From an uncultured Pseudomonadota bacterium (GTDB taxonomy: Bacteria; Pseudomonadota; Gammaproteobacteria; DASZBR01), in NCBI GenBank assembly GCA_963712965.1, contig CAVQJZ010000007.1, positions 205,365-269,364 of the forward strand: 64,000 nt of DNA, given 5' to 3'. The position numbers were made by a program, and so were the translations under genes. The notes under the pieces are model-generated. The model was not told the DNA's origin. It worked only from the letters and a program-made list of their open reading frames with translations, and searched no databases. Shown piece by piece: positions 34,338 to 43,676 of the stretch (its first letter is position 1; each line of letters opens with the position of its first letter).

Positions 34338-35303
34338 TCACAATAAAATCGTTTTACTTTTCTCGCCCTTTTCTTCTTTTGCCAAACGCGGAACCAAATA
34401 CCCTGGCAATTGCGCTTGCATAAGTTTGACAATTTTTTTCGCGGTTTTTTCACTCACTTCAAAATGCGCAGCACCCTTCACTTTATCTAACATATGCAAA
34501 TAATAAGGCAGGATACCCATAGCGAATAATTGTTCGCTTAATTTAGTTAAGCTCTCTGCTGTGTCATTAATATTTTTTAGTAACACGGATTGATTTAATA
34601 ATACTACGCCGGTTTTTTTTAATTTCGCCATCACGCTCGCAATTTTTTTATCTAATTCATTCGGATGATTACAATGCACGACAACAACTTTTTGCCACGG
34701 TAAATTTTTCAACCACGTTAAAAAAACAGTATCAATACGGTCGGGAGCAACGATAGGCATGCGCGTGTGAATACGTAATGTTTTAATATGTTTAATCGCG
34801 CGCAATTTATCTGTGAGATTTTTAAGCGACGCATTAGTTGCCATTAAAGGATCGCCACCACTTAAAATAATTTCCGTAATGCTTTTATCATGGGCAATAT
34901 AATCAACCACTTTATTCCACCCTTGGCGCCCTGGATTATTGTCGTTATAAGGAAAAGCGCGGCGAAAACAATAGCGACAATGAATCGCGCAGCTTCCAGT
35001 GACCGTCAAAAGCACGCGCCCTTGATATTTATGTAGCAATCCCGAAATGGGATTAGCTTGCTTTTCACCTAAGGGATCCAAAGAATAGTCTTTGGGCGAG
35101 TAAAATTCCGCGTGAAGTGGCAAAACTTGTTGCAACAAAGGGTCATTGGCATTACCTTTCTCAACTTTTGATAGCCAGTGGCGCGGAAACCGCAGCGGAA
35201 AAAGTGTCGCCACACGATAAGCTTCTTCCAAGAGAGTTGCATCCAATGCCAAGGCGTTGAATAATTCTTTAGGGTCAGTGATAAAAGCGGGTTTTGATTT
35301 CAT
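34338..35303 (-). CDS. epmB: EF-P beta-lysylation protein EpmB (lysine 2,3-aminomutase-like radical SAM)
   Basis: CAIHCRYCFRR radical-SAM cluster motif. Divergent from efp. Confidence 0.88.
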   Translation of the reverse strand: MKSKPAFITDPKELFNALALDATLLEEAYRVATLFPLRFPRHWLSKVEKGNANDPLLQQVLPLHAEFYSPKDYSLDPLGEKQANPISGLLHKYQGRVLLTVTGSCAIHCRYCFRRAFPYNDNNPGRQGWNKVVDYIAHDKSITEIILSGGDPLMATNASLKNLTDKLRAIKHIKTLRIHTRMPIVAPDRIDTVFLTWLKNLPWQKVVVVHCNHPNELDKKIASVMAKLKKTGVVLLNQSVLLKNINDTAESLTKLSEQLFAMGILPYYLHMLDKVKGAAHFEVSEKTAKKIVKLMQAQLPGYLVPRLAKEEKGEKSKTILL

Positions 35304-35314
35304 AAGGGGATTGT

Positions 35315-35884
35315 ATGTCTGTTTATAGCACCAACGAATTTAAAAGCGGCCTAAAGGTCATGATGGATAATGACCCGTATAATATTTTAGAAAACGAATT
35401 TGTCAAACCCGGAAAAGGCCAAGCGTTCAATCGCGTCAAAATGCGTAACTTAAAATCAGGGCGCGTCATCGAACGAACATTCAAGTCAGGTGACACCTTA
35501 GAAGGCGCGGATGTCATTGATATTGAAGTACAATACCTTTATTACGATGGCGAATTTTGGCACTTTATGTCACAAGAATCCTTCGAACAGTACATGGCCA
35601 GCGAAACCATTGTTAGCGAAGCCAAACAATGGCTCAAAGAACAAGATATGTGTTTTATCACGTTATGGAATGGTTCTGCGCTTACTGTCACCCCACCTAA
35701 TTTCGTTAATTTGAAAATTGTGCAAACAGATCCTGGTCTTCGTGGTGATACTTCTGGCGGCGGTGGCAAACCCGCGACGTTAGAAACAGGCGCTGTGGTT
35801 CGTGTGCCATTATTCATCCAAAATGGTGAAGTCATTAAAGTCGACACGCGCAAAGGCGAATATATTTCTCGTGTCAAAGAATAA
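35315..35884 (+). CDS. efp: elongation factor P
   Basis: 189 aa, with KPGKGQAF (the modified Lys34 loop). Confidence 0.95.
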   Translation: MSVYSTNEFKSGLKVMMDNDPYNILENEFVKPGKGQAFNRVKMRNLKSGRVIERTFKSGDTLEGADVIDIEVQYLYYDGEFWHFMSQESFEQYMASETIVSEAKQWLKEQDMCFITLWNGSALTVTPPNFVNLKIVQTDPGLRGDTSGGGGKPATLETGAVVRVPLFIQNGEVIKVDTRKGEYISRVKE

Positions 35885-36821
35885 TATTGCTTGGCAACCG
35901 ACAGCAAGTATTGATGCTTTAAAGTTTCGCGCGGAAATTCTCAGTAAAATCCGCGCTTTTTTTCATTCGCGAAATATACTCGAAGTCGACACGCCACTCA
36001 TGGCGTCCAGCACTGTTACCGATCCTTTTATTCAATCATTTAACGTCAACAAAAAATGGTATCTGCAAACATCCCCCGAATATGCGATGAAACGTTTGCT
36101 CGCTGCTGGCAGTGGTTCCATTTATCAAATTTGCAAAGCGTTTCGCGATGATGAAACAGGGAAATTGCACAATCCTGAATTTACGATGCTCGAGTGGTAT
36201 CGCTTAAATTTTGATCATCATCAATTAATGCAAGAAATGGATGAATTTTTTCAAGCCGTTATTCAAACCAAACCCGCTGAAAAAACAAGTTACCAAAAAT
36301 TATTCGAAAAATATTTTCAAATTAATCCCCATCAAGCAACATTAACAACACTAGAACATATCGCTCACGAAAAACATTTAGTCGTTAATGCCAACGATTT
36401 AACCAAAGACGATTGGTTACAATTATTAATGACGCATTTTATCGAACCTGAACTAGGCAGAGAATGTCCTCTATTTATTTATGATTTTCCTGCATCGCAA
36501 GCAGCGCTGGCAAAAATTCGCGCGGATAAATTTCCGGTAGCTGAACGTTTTGAGGTTTATATTCATGGCATTGAATTAGCTAATGGTTACCATGAATTAA
36601 GTGATGCCAACGAACAACGACAACGTTTCGCAAATGATTTAGTCAAACGAAAAAAATTAAATTACGCCACACCACCGGTGGATGAATATTTGTTGGCGGC
36701 CATCGAACATGGGCTACCTAATTGTGCCGGTGTAGCATTAGGCATTGATCGATTAATTATGATCGCCGCGCAAAAAGCATCTATTGCAGATGTGATGAGC
36801 TTTACAATTGATCGAGTTTAA
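35871..36821 (+). CDS. epmA: EF-P-lysine lysyltransferase EpmA (GenX/PoxA)
   Basis: ORF track 35802..36821 overlaps efp by 83 nt. An in-frame GTG at 35871 gives [14 protein letters not shown], aligning with the E. coli EpmA N-terminus (MSETASWQPSASI). Class II aaRS core motifs present. Confidence 0.8.
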   Translation: MSKNNIAWQPTASIDALKFRAEILSKIRAFFHSRNILEVDTPLMASSTVTDPFIQSFNVNKKWYLQTSPEYAMKRLLAAGSGSIYQICKAFRDDETGKLHNPEFTMLEWYRLNFDHHQLMQEMDEFFQAVIQTKPAEKTSYQKLFEKYFQINPHQATLTTLEHIAHEKHLVVNANDLTKDDWLQLLMTHFIEPELGRECPLFIYDFPASQAALAKIRADKFPVAERFEVYIHGIELANGYHELSDANEQRQRFANDLVKRKKLNYATPPVDEYLLAAIEHGLPNCAGVALGIDRLIMIAAQKASIADVMSFTIDRV

Positions 36822-36822
36822 A

Positions 36823-36913
36823 TCCGCAGAATCCCCTCTCTCGTGATAGAGATTGATCAAAATTGAAATCCCCTCTCCCGCTGGCGGGAGAGGGTTAGGG
36901 TGAGGGTGGAAAA
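36823..36913. repeat. dispersed hairpin + G-rich repeat (aaattgaaat-cccctctcccgctggcgggagagggttagggtgagggtgg)
   Basis: Near-identical direct copy at 39280..39330; related inverted copies at 5806..5847 and 40304..40375. Confidence 0.7.
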
Positions 36914-37001
36914 AATCATTGCGAATGGGTAAGCCTCCCTTAAAATTCCCCAGTTAGCAACTAGAGTTTTTTGGTAAATTACGCACCAGGAGACTTTAGA
37001 C

Positions 37002-37304
37002 ATGAAAAAGAAAAGATTTAACGAGATACAGATTCTTAATGTTTTAAAAGAACATGAAGCTGGCATACCTGCAGTTGAGTTAGCGCGCAAATATGGTATT
37101 GGCGAAAGCACCATTTATGCATGGAATGCTAAATATGCGGGCATGGAAGTAAACGAGCTTAAACGATTAAAACAATTAGAGGATGAAAATGCTCGTTTAA
37201 AAAAGATGTACGCGACGTTAAGCATGGACCATGAGCTACTGAAGGAGGTGCTTGAAAAAAAGTACAACGTGGATCTGAGCGACGCGAAACAGCGAAAGAT
37301 TTAA
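37002..37304 (+). CDS. IS3-family transposase OrfA (HTH)
   Basis: 100 aa: HTH (IPAVELARKYGIGESTIYAWN) followed by a leucine zipper. Confidence 0.85.
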   Translation: MKKKRFNEIQILNVLKEHEAGIPAVELARKYGIGESTIYAWNAKYAGMEVNELKRLKQLEDENARLKKMYATLSMDHELLKEVLEKKYNVDLSDAKQRKI

Positions 37305-38113
37305 TCGAAAGTCGCGGCGCCTCTATCAGTCAGGCATGTCGTGTTGCCAATATAGATCGCAAAACATATCGCTATCACCCGAAGAGAAAACAGGACAACA
37401 AAATGATTGAAGATTTATTAAAAACTCTTTCTGCTCAGCATCCCACATATGGGTTTCAGAAATTATTTGATTTAATTCGAATTAAAAGTTATTCGTTTAA
37501 TCACAAACGCGTATACCGAATTTACTGTGATTTAAGTCTTAACTTGAAGATAAAGCCCAAAAAACGCCTGGCACCAAGAACAAAAATTAAATTAGCACAA
37601 CCAGAAAATCTTAATCAGTGCTGGTCATTGGATTTCATGAGTGATGCGCTCACTAGCGGGCGACGTATTCGCACAGCAAATGTGATTGATGATTGTAACC
37701 GTGAGGCATTAGGTATTTTAGTTTCGCTTTCATTGACATCAAAAAGAATTACTCGATGGCTTGATCAGCTTGCATCATTACGCGGATACCCGAATCGAAT
37801 TCGCGTTGATAACGGGCCGGAAAATATTTCCCACCATTTTCAAAGCTGGGCAAAAGCACACGGCATTTTTATCCAATATATTCAACCAGGCAAGCCAGCA
37901 CAAAACGCTTACATTGAAAGATTTAATCGTAGTTATCGCGAAGCAGTTTTGGATATGTATTTATTTCGAAACATACAAGAGGTGCAAAATATTACTAATA
38001 ATTGGCTTAAACACTACAACGAGGAAAGACCACATGAATCACTAAATAATCTGCCACCCAGGATTTTTATTAACAACTTACATCAAAACCACTCTAGTTG
38101 TGCAGTGGGGTAA
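37256..38113 (+). CDS. IS3-family transposase OrfB (DDE/rve integrase), expressed by -1 frameshift at A_AAA_AAG (37256..37262)
   Basis: The OrfB frame is open upstream of its ATG (…KDLIESRGASISQACRVANIDRKTYRYHPKRKQDNKMIEDLL). The slippery heptamer a-aaa-aag lies in the orfA frame. The rve motifs and the DDE triad region are present. Confidence 0.8.
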   Translation, partial: KKVQRGSERRETAKDLIESRGASISQACRVANIDRKTYRYHPKRKQDNKMIEDLLKTLSAQHPTYGFQKLFDLIRIKSYSFNHKRVYRIYCDLSLNLKIKPKKRLAPRTKIKLAQPENLNQCWSLDFMSDALTSGRRIRTANVIDDCNREALGILVSLSLTSKRITRWLDQLASLRGYPNRIRVDNGPENISHHFQSWAKAHGIFIQYIQPGKPAQNAYIERFNRSYREAVLDMYLFRNIQEVQNITNNWLKHYNEERPHESLNNLPPRIFINNLHQNHSSCAVG

Positions 38114-38228
38114 ATTTGGGGGCTTTACAAATGCTCTTCCAAATTTTTATAAATAATTTCATTATCGGTATAACGTATTTTAACTAGGCAATTAAATAGA
38201 ATCCTCGGGGGCTTGCCAATAATCAAAA

Positions 38229-39269
38229 TTATCGGCTATTTTTCGGTCCTGGACCTTTCTCGTGATCAGACTCGCTAACAATCTCTGATGAGCTTTGTGA
38301 TACTTGGTTTTGGGCAGATCCACTAGAAGCAGAAAGCGTAGAATGAGCATAGACGCCAAAATTACTTATGGCTGATGCTGGTGATTGGTCTACGGCAGTA
38401 TGACCACTTAATCTTCTTACTTGTTCTCTAAGCTGCGCTATTTCTTCTTGAGCTTTTCTTTCATTTGCTTGCGCTTTTCTTTCATTTGCTTGCGCTTCTT
38501 CCTTTAATCTTCGTTCTTCTTTCAATTTTCCTTCCGGGCTTTCTTCCTTAAAAAACTGACACAACTTTTTTTCTAACTCAATAAAAGGTTTCTTAGCTTC
38601 CTGTTCCGCACAACTGGTAACAAAAGCTTCAAACTTCTCAGCAACATTATGCCAATCATCTGAATTCGCTCGTTCATCTGTCGCTGCCAATCGTTTTAAC
38701 AAATTGTAAACTTTTTTCTTAAGCGGCCTTTCTTCACAAATTAACCTTGATAAACGCGCTATGCGTTTATAACTTCTCGTCATACTCCAAGCGTTATAGT
38801 GTGCCTTTTTTGTTAAAAAGCCTCTTAAATCATTATCATCTGCATCATCACTTGTGCTTTCCGTTGTACTTGATGCCGTACCGGTACTTAAACGTCTATA
38901 GCCCTGCAGCAACTGGCGCATCGTCTGACCGGCATCATGCTCAGGACGTAATATACTAAACGTCCCATCTGCTCGATGTTGAACAAACAACGTTTCGCCT
39001 TTTTCACTATCCTTCATAGCCAAATCACCCTTTTCATTGATTACTCTCGCTGCACTATCTAATATCACCACAAGCTGTCCAGTTAATTCTTCTAATGCCT
39101 TCAATTCTAACGATCTCGGAAGTTTTTCTCCATTATCTATGTGCTTTAAACACGCTTCTAATTCAGATCGACTGCTGCCTTCCTTTGTTTGTCCAGCCTG
39201 CCTTTCTAAATGGGATCTTATCCTTTTTCGCAAATCGCTACCAAATTCAGGATACCGAGTTAAAAGCAA
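38229..39269 (-). CDS. hypothetical coiled-coil protein (346 aa) with an internal 7-aa tandem repeat (AQANERK x2.3) and a Ser-rich C-terminus; effector-like
   Basis: No recognised domain. The 21-bp tandem DNA repeat at ~38452..38500 is seen directly. The stop codon lies 10 bp from the IS right end. Confidence 0.5.
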   Translation of the reverse strand: MLLTRYPEFGSDLRKRIRSHLERQAGQTKEGSSRSELEACLKHIDNGEKLPRSLELKALEELTGQLVVILDSAARVINEKGDLAMKDSEKGETLFVQHRADGTFSILRPEHDAGQTMRQLLQGYRRLSTGTASSTTESTSDDADDNDLRGFLTKKAHYNAWSMTRSYKRIARLSRLICEERPLKKKVYNLLKRLAATDERANSDDWHNVAEKFEAFVTSCAEQEAKKPFIELEKKLCQFFKEESPEGKLKEERRLKEEAQANERKAQANERKAQEEIAQLREQVRRLSGHTAVDQSPASAISNFGVYAHSTLSASSGSAQNQVSQSSSEIVSESDHEKGPGPKNSR

Positions 39270-39279
39270 TTGATAAAAA

Positions 39280-39330
39280 TTGAAATCCCCTCTCCCGCTG
39301 GCGGGAGAGGGTTAGGGTGAGGGTGGGAAA
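39280..39330. repeat. dispersed hairpin + G-rich repeat, direct copy of 36861..36913
   Basis: cccctctcccgctggcgggagagggttagggtgagggtggg. Its 3' end overlaps the stop codon of the DUF559 gene. Confidence 0.7.
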
Positions 39331-39332
39331 AA

Positions 39333-39674
39333 TCATTTCGAACGTTCTTCTAACTTTTTATAAATAACTTCCAGAACCGTACTAACTTCTTTAAAAATTT
39401 GGTCATTCCAAAATCTAATAACTTTGAATCCCAATCCCTCTAAATATCGCGAACGTTTCTCATCGTAACCAATCTGTTCCAGATGCTGACCACCATCTAA
39501 CTCAACAATCAACTTTTGTTCAATACAAATGAAATCAGCAATGTAGTTTCCGACCCAGTATTGTCGCCTGAACTTGAATCCGTAAAATCTTCTATTTCGC
39601 AAGAAATACCACAATCTATTTTCTGCGTCTGTTTGAAACTTTCGCAATGCGCGTGCTTTTTGTTTCATTACCAT
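39333..39674 (-). CDS. DUF559 (Vsr-like endonuclease fold) protein
   Basis: 113 aa; YFLRNRRFYGFKFRRQYWVGNYIADFICIEQKLIVELDGGQH matches the DUF559 signature. Confidence 0.7.
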   Translation of the reverse strand: MVMKQKARALRKFQTDAENRLWYFLRNRRFYGFKFRRQYWVGNYIADFICIEQKLIVELDGGQHLEQIGYDEKRSRYLEGLGFKVIRFWNDQIFKEVSTVLEVIYKKLEERSK

Positions 39675-39733
39675 CCCACTAACTTTTATTATTTTTTACC
39701 ACTCTCTTTCACTAGCGTTAAAACTGGAAAAAA

Positions 39734-40258
39734 CTAAACAACGCCAATTTCTTTACTTAATATTTGCTTTAAATCCTTAAAAATAGACAAGGTCTCAGAA
39801 GGTTCACGATCAAGAATTACTTTTGTCTGCAACACTTTAGATTCAATAACATTTAGTACGCTCTCAAGATCATGAAGCAAATCCCGAATCTCTGGATAAT
39901 GTAACTTATTCTCTTTAATAGAATCTTTCTTCTTGTGCGCCATACTGTGGCGAAAATCTTTATATTTTTGGATCTGACTTTCCCATTCTTCAAATTTTCG
40001 CTTTAAACTTGGTTCTGATTTTAGAACCGCCTTAATCAAACTATCGCTTCTGCTATCAAAAATACTAAGCAGCTCTATTACAACAGAACTAATAATTAAA
40101 TTTTTTGCTGGAATCCCCAGAAATTTTGATGAATCAAACGAGAAGCATACTCACTGATAAGCTCATGTATTTTAATTAATATCCTGATGCGATAAACACC
40201 GGAACGCAAAACTTCCAAGCCTTCTTTAATTCTCTCTTTTTCCATACCGTTCATCATG
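39734..40258 (-). pseudogene. frameshifted ORF (54-aa 5' frame plus ~140-aa 3' frame joined at an A6/T3 run near 40095..40110); the 3' part carries an Rx4H (RHSMAH) HEPN-like motif
   Basis: The ORF track shows only 39734..40039 (TTG start). Manual reverse translation shows an upstream ATG ORF (MMNGMEKERIKEGLEVLRSGVYRIRILIKIHELISEYASRLIHQNFWGFQQKI*) overlapping the open upstream extension of the downstream frame. Confidence 0.4.
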
Positions 40259-40303
40259 CTTTCCAAAGATAATTCTCAAAAAATTATTTTACTTTGAAAT
40301 TGC

Positions 40304-40375
40304 CCACCCTCACCCTAACCCTCTCCCCTCCTCCGCCCGCCTACGTGACTTCGGTGTGCTTCGGCGGGAGAGGGA
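40304..40375. repeat. inverted, expanded copy of the hairpin + G-rich dispersed repeat (cccaccctcaccctaaccctctcccc...gcgggagaggg)
   Basis: Reverse complement contains gggagagggttagggtgagggtggg and a longer GC hairpin. Confidence 0.65.
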
Positions 40376-40398
40376 AAAACACAATAACTTAACCTTTA

Positions 40399-41319
40399 TT
40401 AATTCTTATCCTTAAACGCCTGCTTTGCAATTTCAGCAATGCCCGCCACGCTACCAATGACGCTTGATGCTTCCAACGGCAATAAAATAACTTTTTGATT
40501 ATTCGCCGAACCAATTTTACTTAATGCATCAATATATTTTTGTGCGACGAAATAATTAATTGCTTGAATGCTACCTTTGCCGATTGCTTCAGATACAGAC
40601 AATGTTGCTCTACCTTCGGCTTCTGCTGTTCTTTCGCGCGCTTCTGCTGCACGATAGGCTGCTTCTTTATCACCTTCGGCTTTTAGAATTACGGCTTGCT
40701 TTTCACCATCGGCTTTAAGAATAGCAGATTGCTTCAATCCTTCCGCTTCCAAAATCGCGGCGCGTTTATCACGCTCTGCTTTCATTTGGCGCGCCATGGA
40801 ATCGACCAAATCTTTAGGCGGCGCAATTTCTTTGATTTCAATACGCGTTACTTTGATACCCCACGGTGTCGTTGCATCATCAATAACATGCAATAACTGT
40901 GTATTAATGTTGTCACGCTGAGAAAGCATGGAGTCTAAATCAAGCGCGCCTAATACCGTACGAATGTTGGTCATCGACAAATTGCGCATAGCATTTTCTA
41001 AATAACGTACTTCATACGCCGCTTTGGCTGCATCAATCACCTGGAAAAACACGACGGCATCCACACGGACCATGGCGTTATCACGACTGATAATTTCTTG
41101 CGGAGGAATATCTAAGACTTGTTCCATCACATTTAATCTTGCGCCAACATTATCAATAAACGGCAAAATCAAATTTAACCCTGGGCGCAAGGTGTGGGTA
41201 TAACGGCCAAAACGCTCAACCGTCCATTCAAACCCTTGGGGCACTTGCTTAACACCCATATAAATCACTAATACCACCAACAATACCAACAAACCCACTA
41301 CAAATTCGAAACCGGTCAT
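40399..41319 (-). CDS. SPFH/band-7 (stomatin/HflC-like) membrane protein with a C-terminal Ala/Glu-rich repeat
   Basis: ORF 40399..41412. Start at MTGFEFVV (41319, GGAG RBS). N-terminal TM plus PHB domain; EAEG/KAEG repeats. Confidence 0.8.
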   Translation of the reverse strand: MTGFEFVVGLLVLLVVLVIYMGVKQVPQGFEWTVERFGRYTHTLRPGLNLILPFIDNVGARLNVMEQVLDIPPQEIISRDNAMVRVDAVVFFQVIDAAKAAYEVRYLENAMRNLSMTNIRTVLGALDLDSMLSQRDNINTQLLHVIDDATTPWGIKVTRIEIKEIAPPKDLVDSMARQMKAERDKRAAILEAEGLKQSAILKADGEKQAVILKAEGDKEAAYRAAEARERTAEAEGRATLSVSEAIGKGSIQAINYFVAQKYIDALSKIGSANNQKVILLPLEASSVIGSVAGIAEIAKQAFKDKN

Positions 41320-41405
41320 GACGTATCTCCACTCTCTCTGCAAGGTATGACAATAAGCGGCTAGTCTATTATAATTCGCCTCCTTTTGACTAATGATGAA
41401 TAACC

Positions 41406-42785
41406 ATGACAACTATCCGCACGCGATTTGCTCCAAGCCCCACTGGTTCACTACATGTCGGCAGTGTACGCACCGCACTTTATTCTTATTTATATGCGCG
41501 ACGATACCAAGGTGTGTTTATTTTGCGCATTGAAGATACGGATGTCGAACGCTCAACACTTGAATCCGTGCAAGGTATTTTAGATGGTATGCATTGGTTA
41601 GGATTAAATTACGACGAAGGTCCGTTTTTTCAAGCGCAGCGTTTTGATCGTTATCGCAAAGTAGCCGCCGAATTATTACACGCTGGAAAAGCTTATCGTT
41701 GTTATTGCAGCAAAGAACGTTTAGAACAATTGCGCAACACACAAATGGCGAATAAAGAAAAACCCCGTTACGATGGTCATTGTCGTCATCTCAATCATCC
41801 ATCTACTGACCAACCATTTGTGATACGTTTTGCCAATCCCGAATCAGGTGAAGTGATTTTTGATGACGCGGTGCATGGTCGTACGGTATTTCAAAATAAA
41901 GAATTAGATGATCTAATTATTTTACGCAGTGATAACACGCCCACTTATAATTTTACAGTGGTTATTGATGACTGGGATATGAAAATCACGCATGTGATTC
42001 GCGGTGATGATCACTTAAATAATACGCCACGCCAAATTAATATTTTAACAGCGCTCGGCGCTGCATTACCTGTTTATGCACATATTCCTATGATTTTAGG
42101 CCCCGACGGCAAAAAATTATCGAAACGCCATGGCGCAGTGAATGTCACACAATATCGCGAAGAAGGTTTTCTTCCGCATGCGTTATTAAATTATCTAGTC
42201 CGCTTAGGGTGGTCACACGGCGACCAAGAAATTTTTTCCGCTGAAGAAATGATTGCTCTATTTGATATCGATCATTTAAATAAGTCCGCCGCCGCATTTG
42301 ATCCTGAAAAATTACGTTGGCTCAATCAACATTATTTAAAAACCATGGATCCTGACGATGTGGCACCAGAGTTTATTTGGCAATTAAAACACTTAAATAT
42401 TGACTACATTCACGGGCCGTCGCTGAAAGAAATTATTCTCATTCAACGTGAACGTTGCAAAACACTGACTGAAATGGCCGAACGCAGTCGCTTCTTTTTT
42501 GAATCCATTAAACCTAATGATGCGCTGTTACAAAAACATGTCACGCCTGAAGTAAAGCCTGCGATCAAAAAACTACATGATGAATTAAAACAATTAGATC
42601 ACTGGACTGATGAAAACATTCACAACATCTTGCAGCAACTCACCGTGGAATATGCCATTTCATTAGGTGCGTTAGCACAAGCGGTACGTGTATTAATTAC
42701 CGGCGGCACCGTTTCACCACCGTTGAATAGTACCTTGCGCGTTTTAGGCAAAACTAAAACATTGCACGCATTAACTATAGGATAA
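41406..42785 (+). CDS. gltX: glutamyl-tRNA synthetase
   Basis: Class I motifs: HVGSVRTALY (HIGH), KLSKRHG (KMSKS). Full-length anticodon-binding domain. Confidence 0.88.
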   Translation: MTTIRTRFAPSPTGSLHVGSVRTALYSYLYARRYQGVFILRIEDTDVERSTLESVQGILDGMHWLGLNYDEGPFFQAQRFDRYRKVAAELLHAGKAYRCYCSKERLEQLRNTQMANKEKPRYDGHCRHLNHPSTDQPFVIRFANPESGEVIFDDAVHGRTVFQNKELDDLIILRSDNTPTYNFTVVIDDWDMKITHVIRGDDHLNNTPRQINILTALGAALPVYAHIPMILGPDGKKLSKRHGAVNVTQYREEGFLPHALLNYLVRLGWSHGDQEIFSAEEMIALFDIDHLNKSAAAFDPEKLRWLNQHYLKTMDPDDVAPEFIWQLKHLNIDYIHGPSLKEIILIQRERCKTLTEMAERSRFFFESIKPNDALLQKHVTPEVKPAIKKLHDELKQLDHWTDENIHNILQQLTVEYAISLGALAQAVRVLITGGTVSPPLNSTLRVLGKTKTLHALTIG

Positions 42786-42788
42786 ACC

Positions 42789-43676
42789 ATGAATTTATTA
42801 ATAAAAACTCGCACTGAGATTATTGAACAACTGTGGCAACGTTATTTAAATCGCTTGCCTAAGACACAAAAAATAATTGCCCAGCTGCAAGAATTACAAC
42901 AACCCATTGTGCTTGATCATTTTGCCCTAATTGACTTACCTAGTAGCCATAGCGGCATTCATACGCTCACGCAAATTTTTACTGCATTGGGTTATGGCAC
43001 ACGCGGGCATGGTTATTTGCCCGAAAAACAAAATGATTTTTCCTGGCTTGCACCCACCGATGCGAATAATCAAACAGCCACAAACGTATTGCCGCAAATT
43101 GTTGTGGCTGATTTTCGTTATGAACAATTATCTCATGATGCACAAAAAATTCTTGATAAATATACAGCGTCTATTAAACCATTTGATTTTGCCGCTTTTT
43201 ATCAATTATTAAGCCAACTACACAAAAATGATTTTTCTGCTGAAGAACCTTTAGTTAATTTAGTGGTTAATTATTGTGACGAAAAAGACTGGCCCGCATT
43301 AACGCTCGCCGAATTTAATGAGGTTAAAAAATCTAATGAATTAATGGCGTGGGTGCTTGCTTTTGGTCGACGCATTAATCATTTTGGTTTAAGCATTCAT
43401 CACATGCCAAAATTTGAAAGCCTTGAACAATGGAATAACTCTATTCAACTCAATGACACCATCAAAGGCGATGCCACTCGTGGTATCGCGCAAAGCGCTA
43501 GTCGAGGCGAGTTAGAAGACGTTCATTTCGCTGACGGCCACATAACCATGCACGGCCCCTTCGTTGAATTTGTATGGCGTTACCCCAACAAAACTAATCC
43601 TCAATACTGGCAAGATTATTTTACTGATTTTATTGATTACCAAGCCAATCGTGTGATTGAGTCTGTTTATGAATAA
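42789..43676 (+). CDS. conserved hypothetical protein (possibly VOC/DUF1338-like)
   Basis: 295 aa; no firm family assignment from inspection. Confidence 0.45.
   Translation: MNLLIKTRTEIIEQLWQRYLNRLPKTQKIIAQLQELQQPIVLDHFALIDLPSSHSGIHTLTQIFTALGYGTRGHGYLPEKQNDFSWLAPTDANNQTATNVLPQIVVADFRYEQLSHDAQKILDKYTASIKPFDFAAFYQLLSQLHKNDFSAEEPLVNLVVNYCDEKDWPALTLAEFNEVKKSNELMAWVLAFGRRINHFGLSIHHMPKFESLEQWNNSIQLNDTIKGDATRGIAQSASRGELEDVHFADGHITMHGPFVEFVWRYPNKTNPQYWQDYFTDFIDYQANRVIESVYE

Larger units (their letters stand above)
36926..38218 (+). mobile_element. IS3-family insertion sequence (~1.29 kb) with imperfect terminal inverted repeats (tgggtaagcctccc... / ...gggggcttgcca)
   Basis: Contains orfA and orfB (below). 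The left end abuts the repeat at 36913. Confidence 0.7.

Noticed and set aside
35802-35870. ATG start for epmA lying 83 nt inside efp
   Set aside because: An in-frame GTG at 35871 gives an N-terminus collinear with E. coli EpmA and avoids a long overlap.
36857-37114. 85-aa minus-strand ORF across the G-rich repeat and IS3 orfA start
   Set aside because: Spans a repeat and is antisense to the transposase; likely spurious.
38452-38500. Short tandem repeats examined as a possible CRISPR array
   Set aside because: Only ~2.3 contiguous 21-bp units with no spacers, in frame within an ORF; not a CRISPR array.
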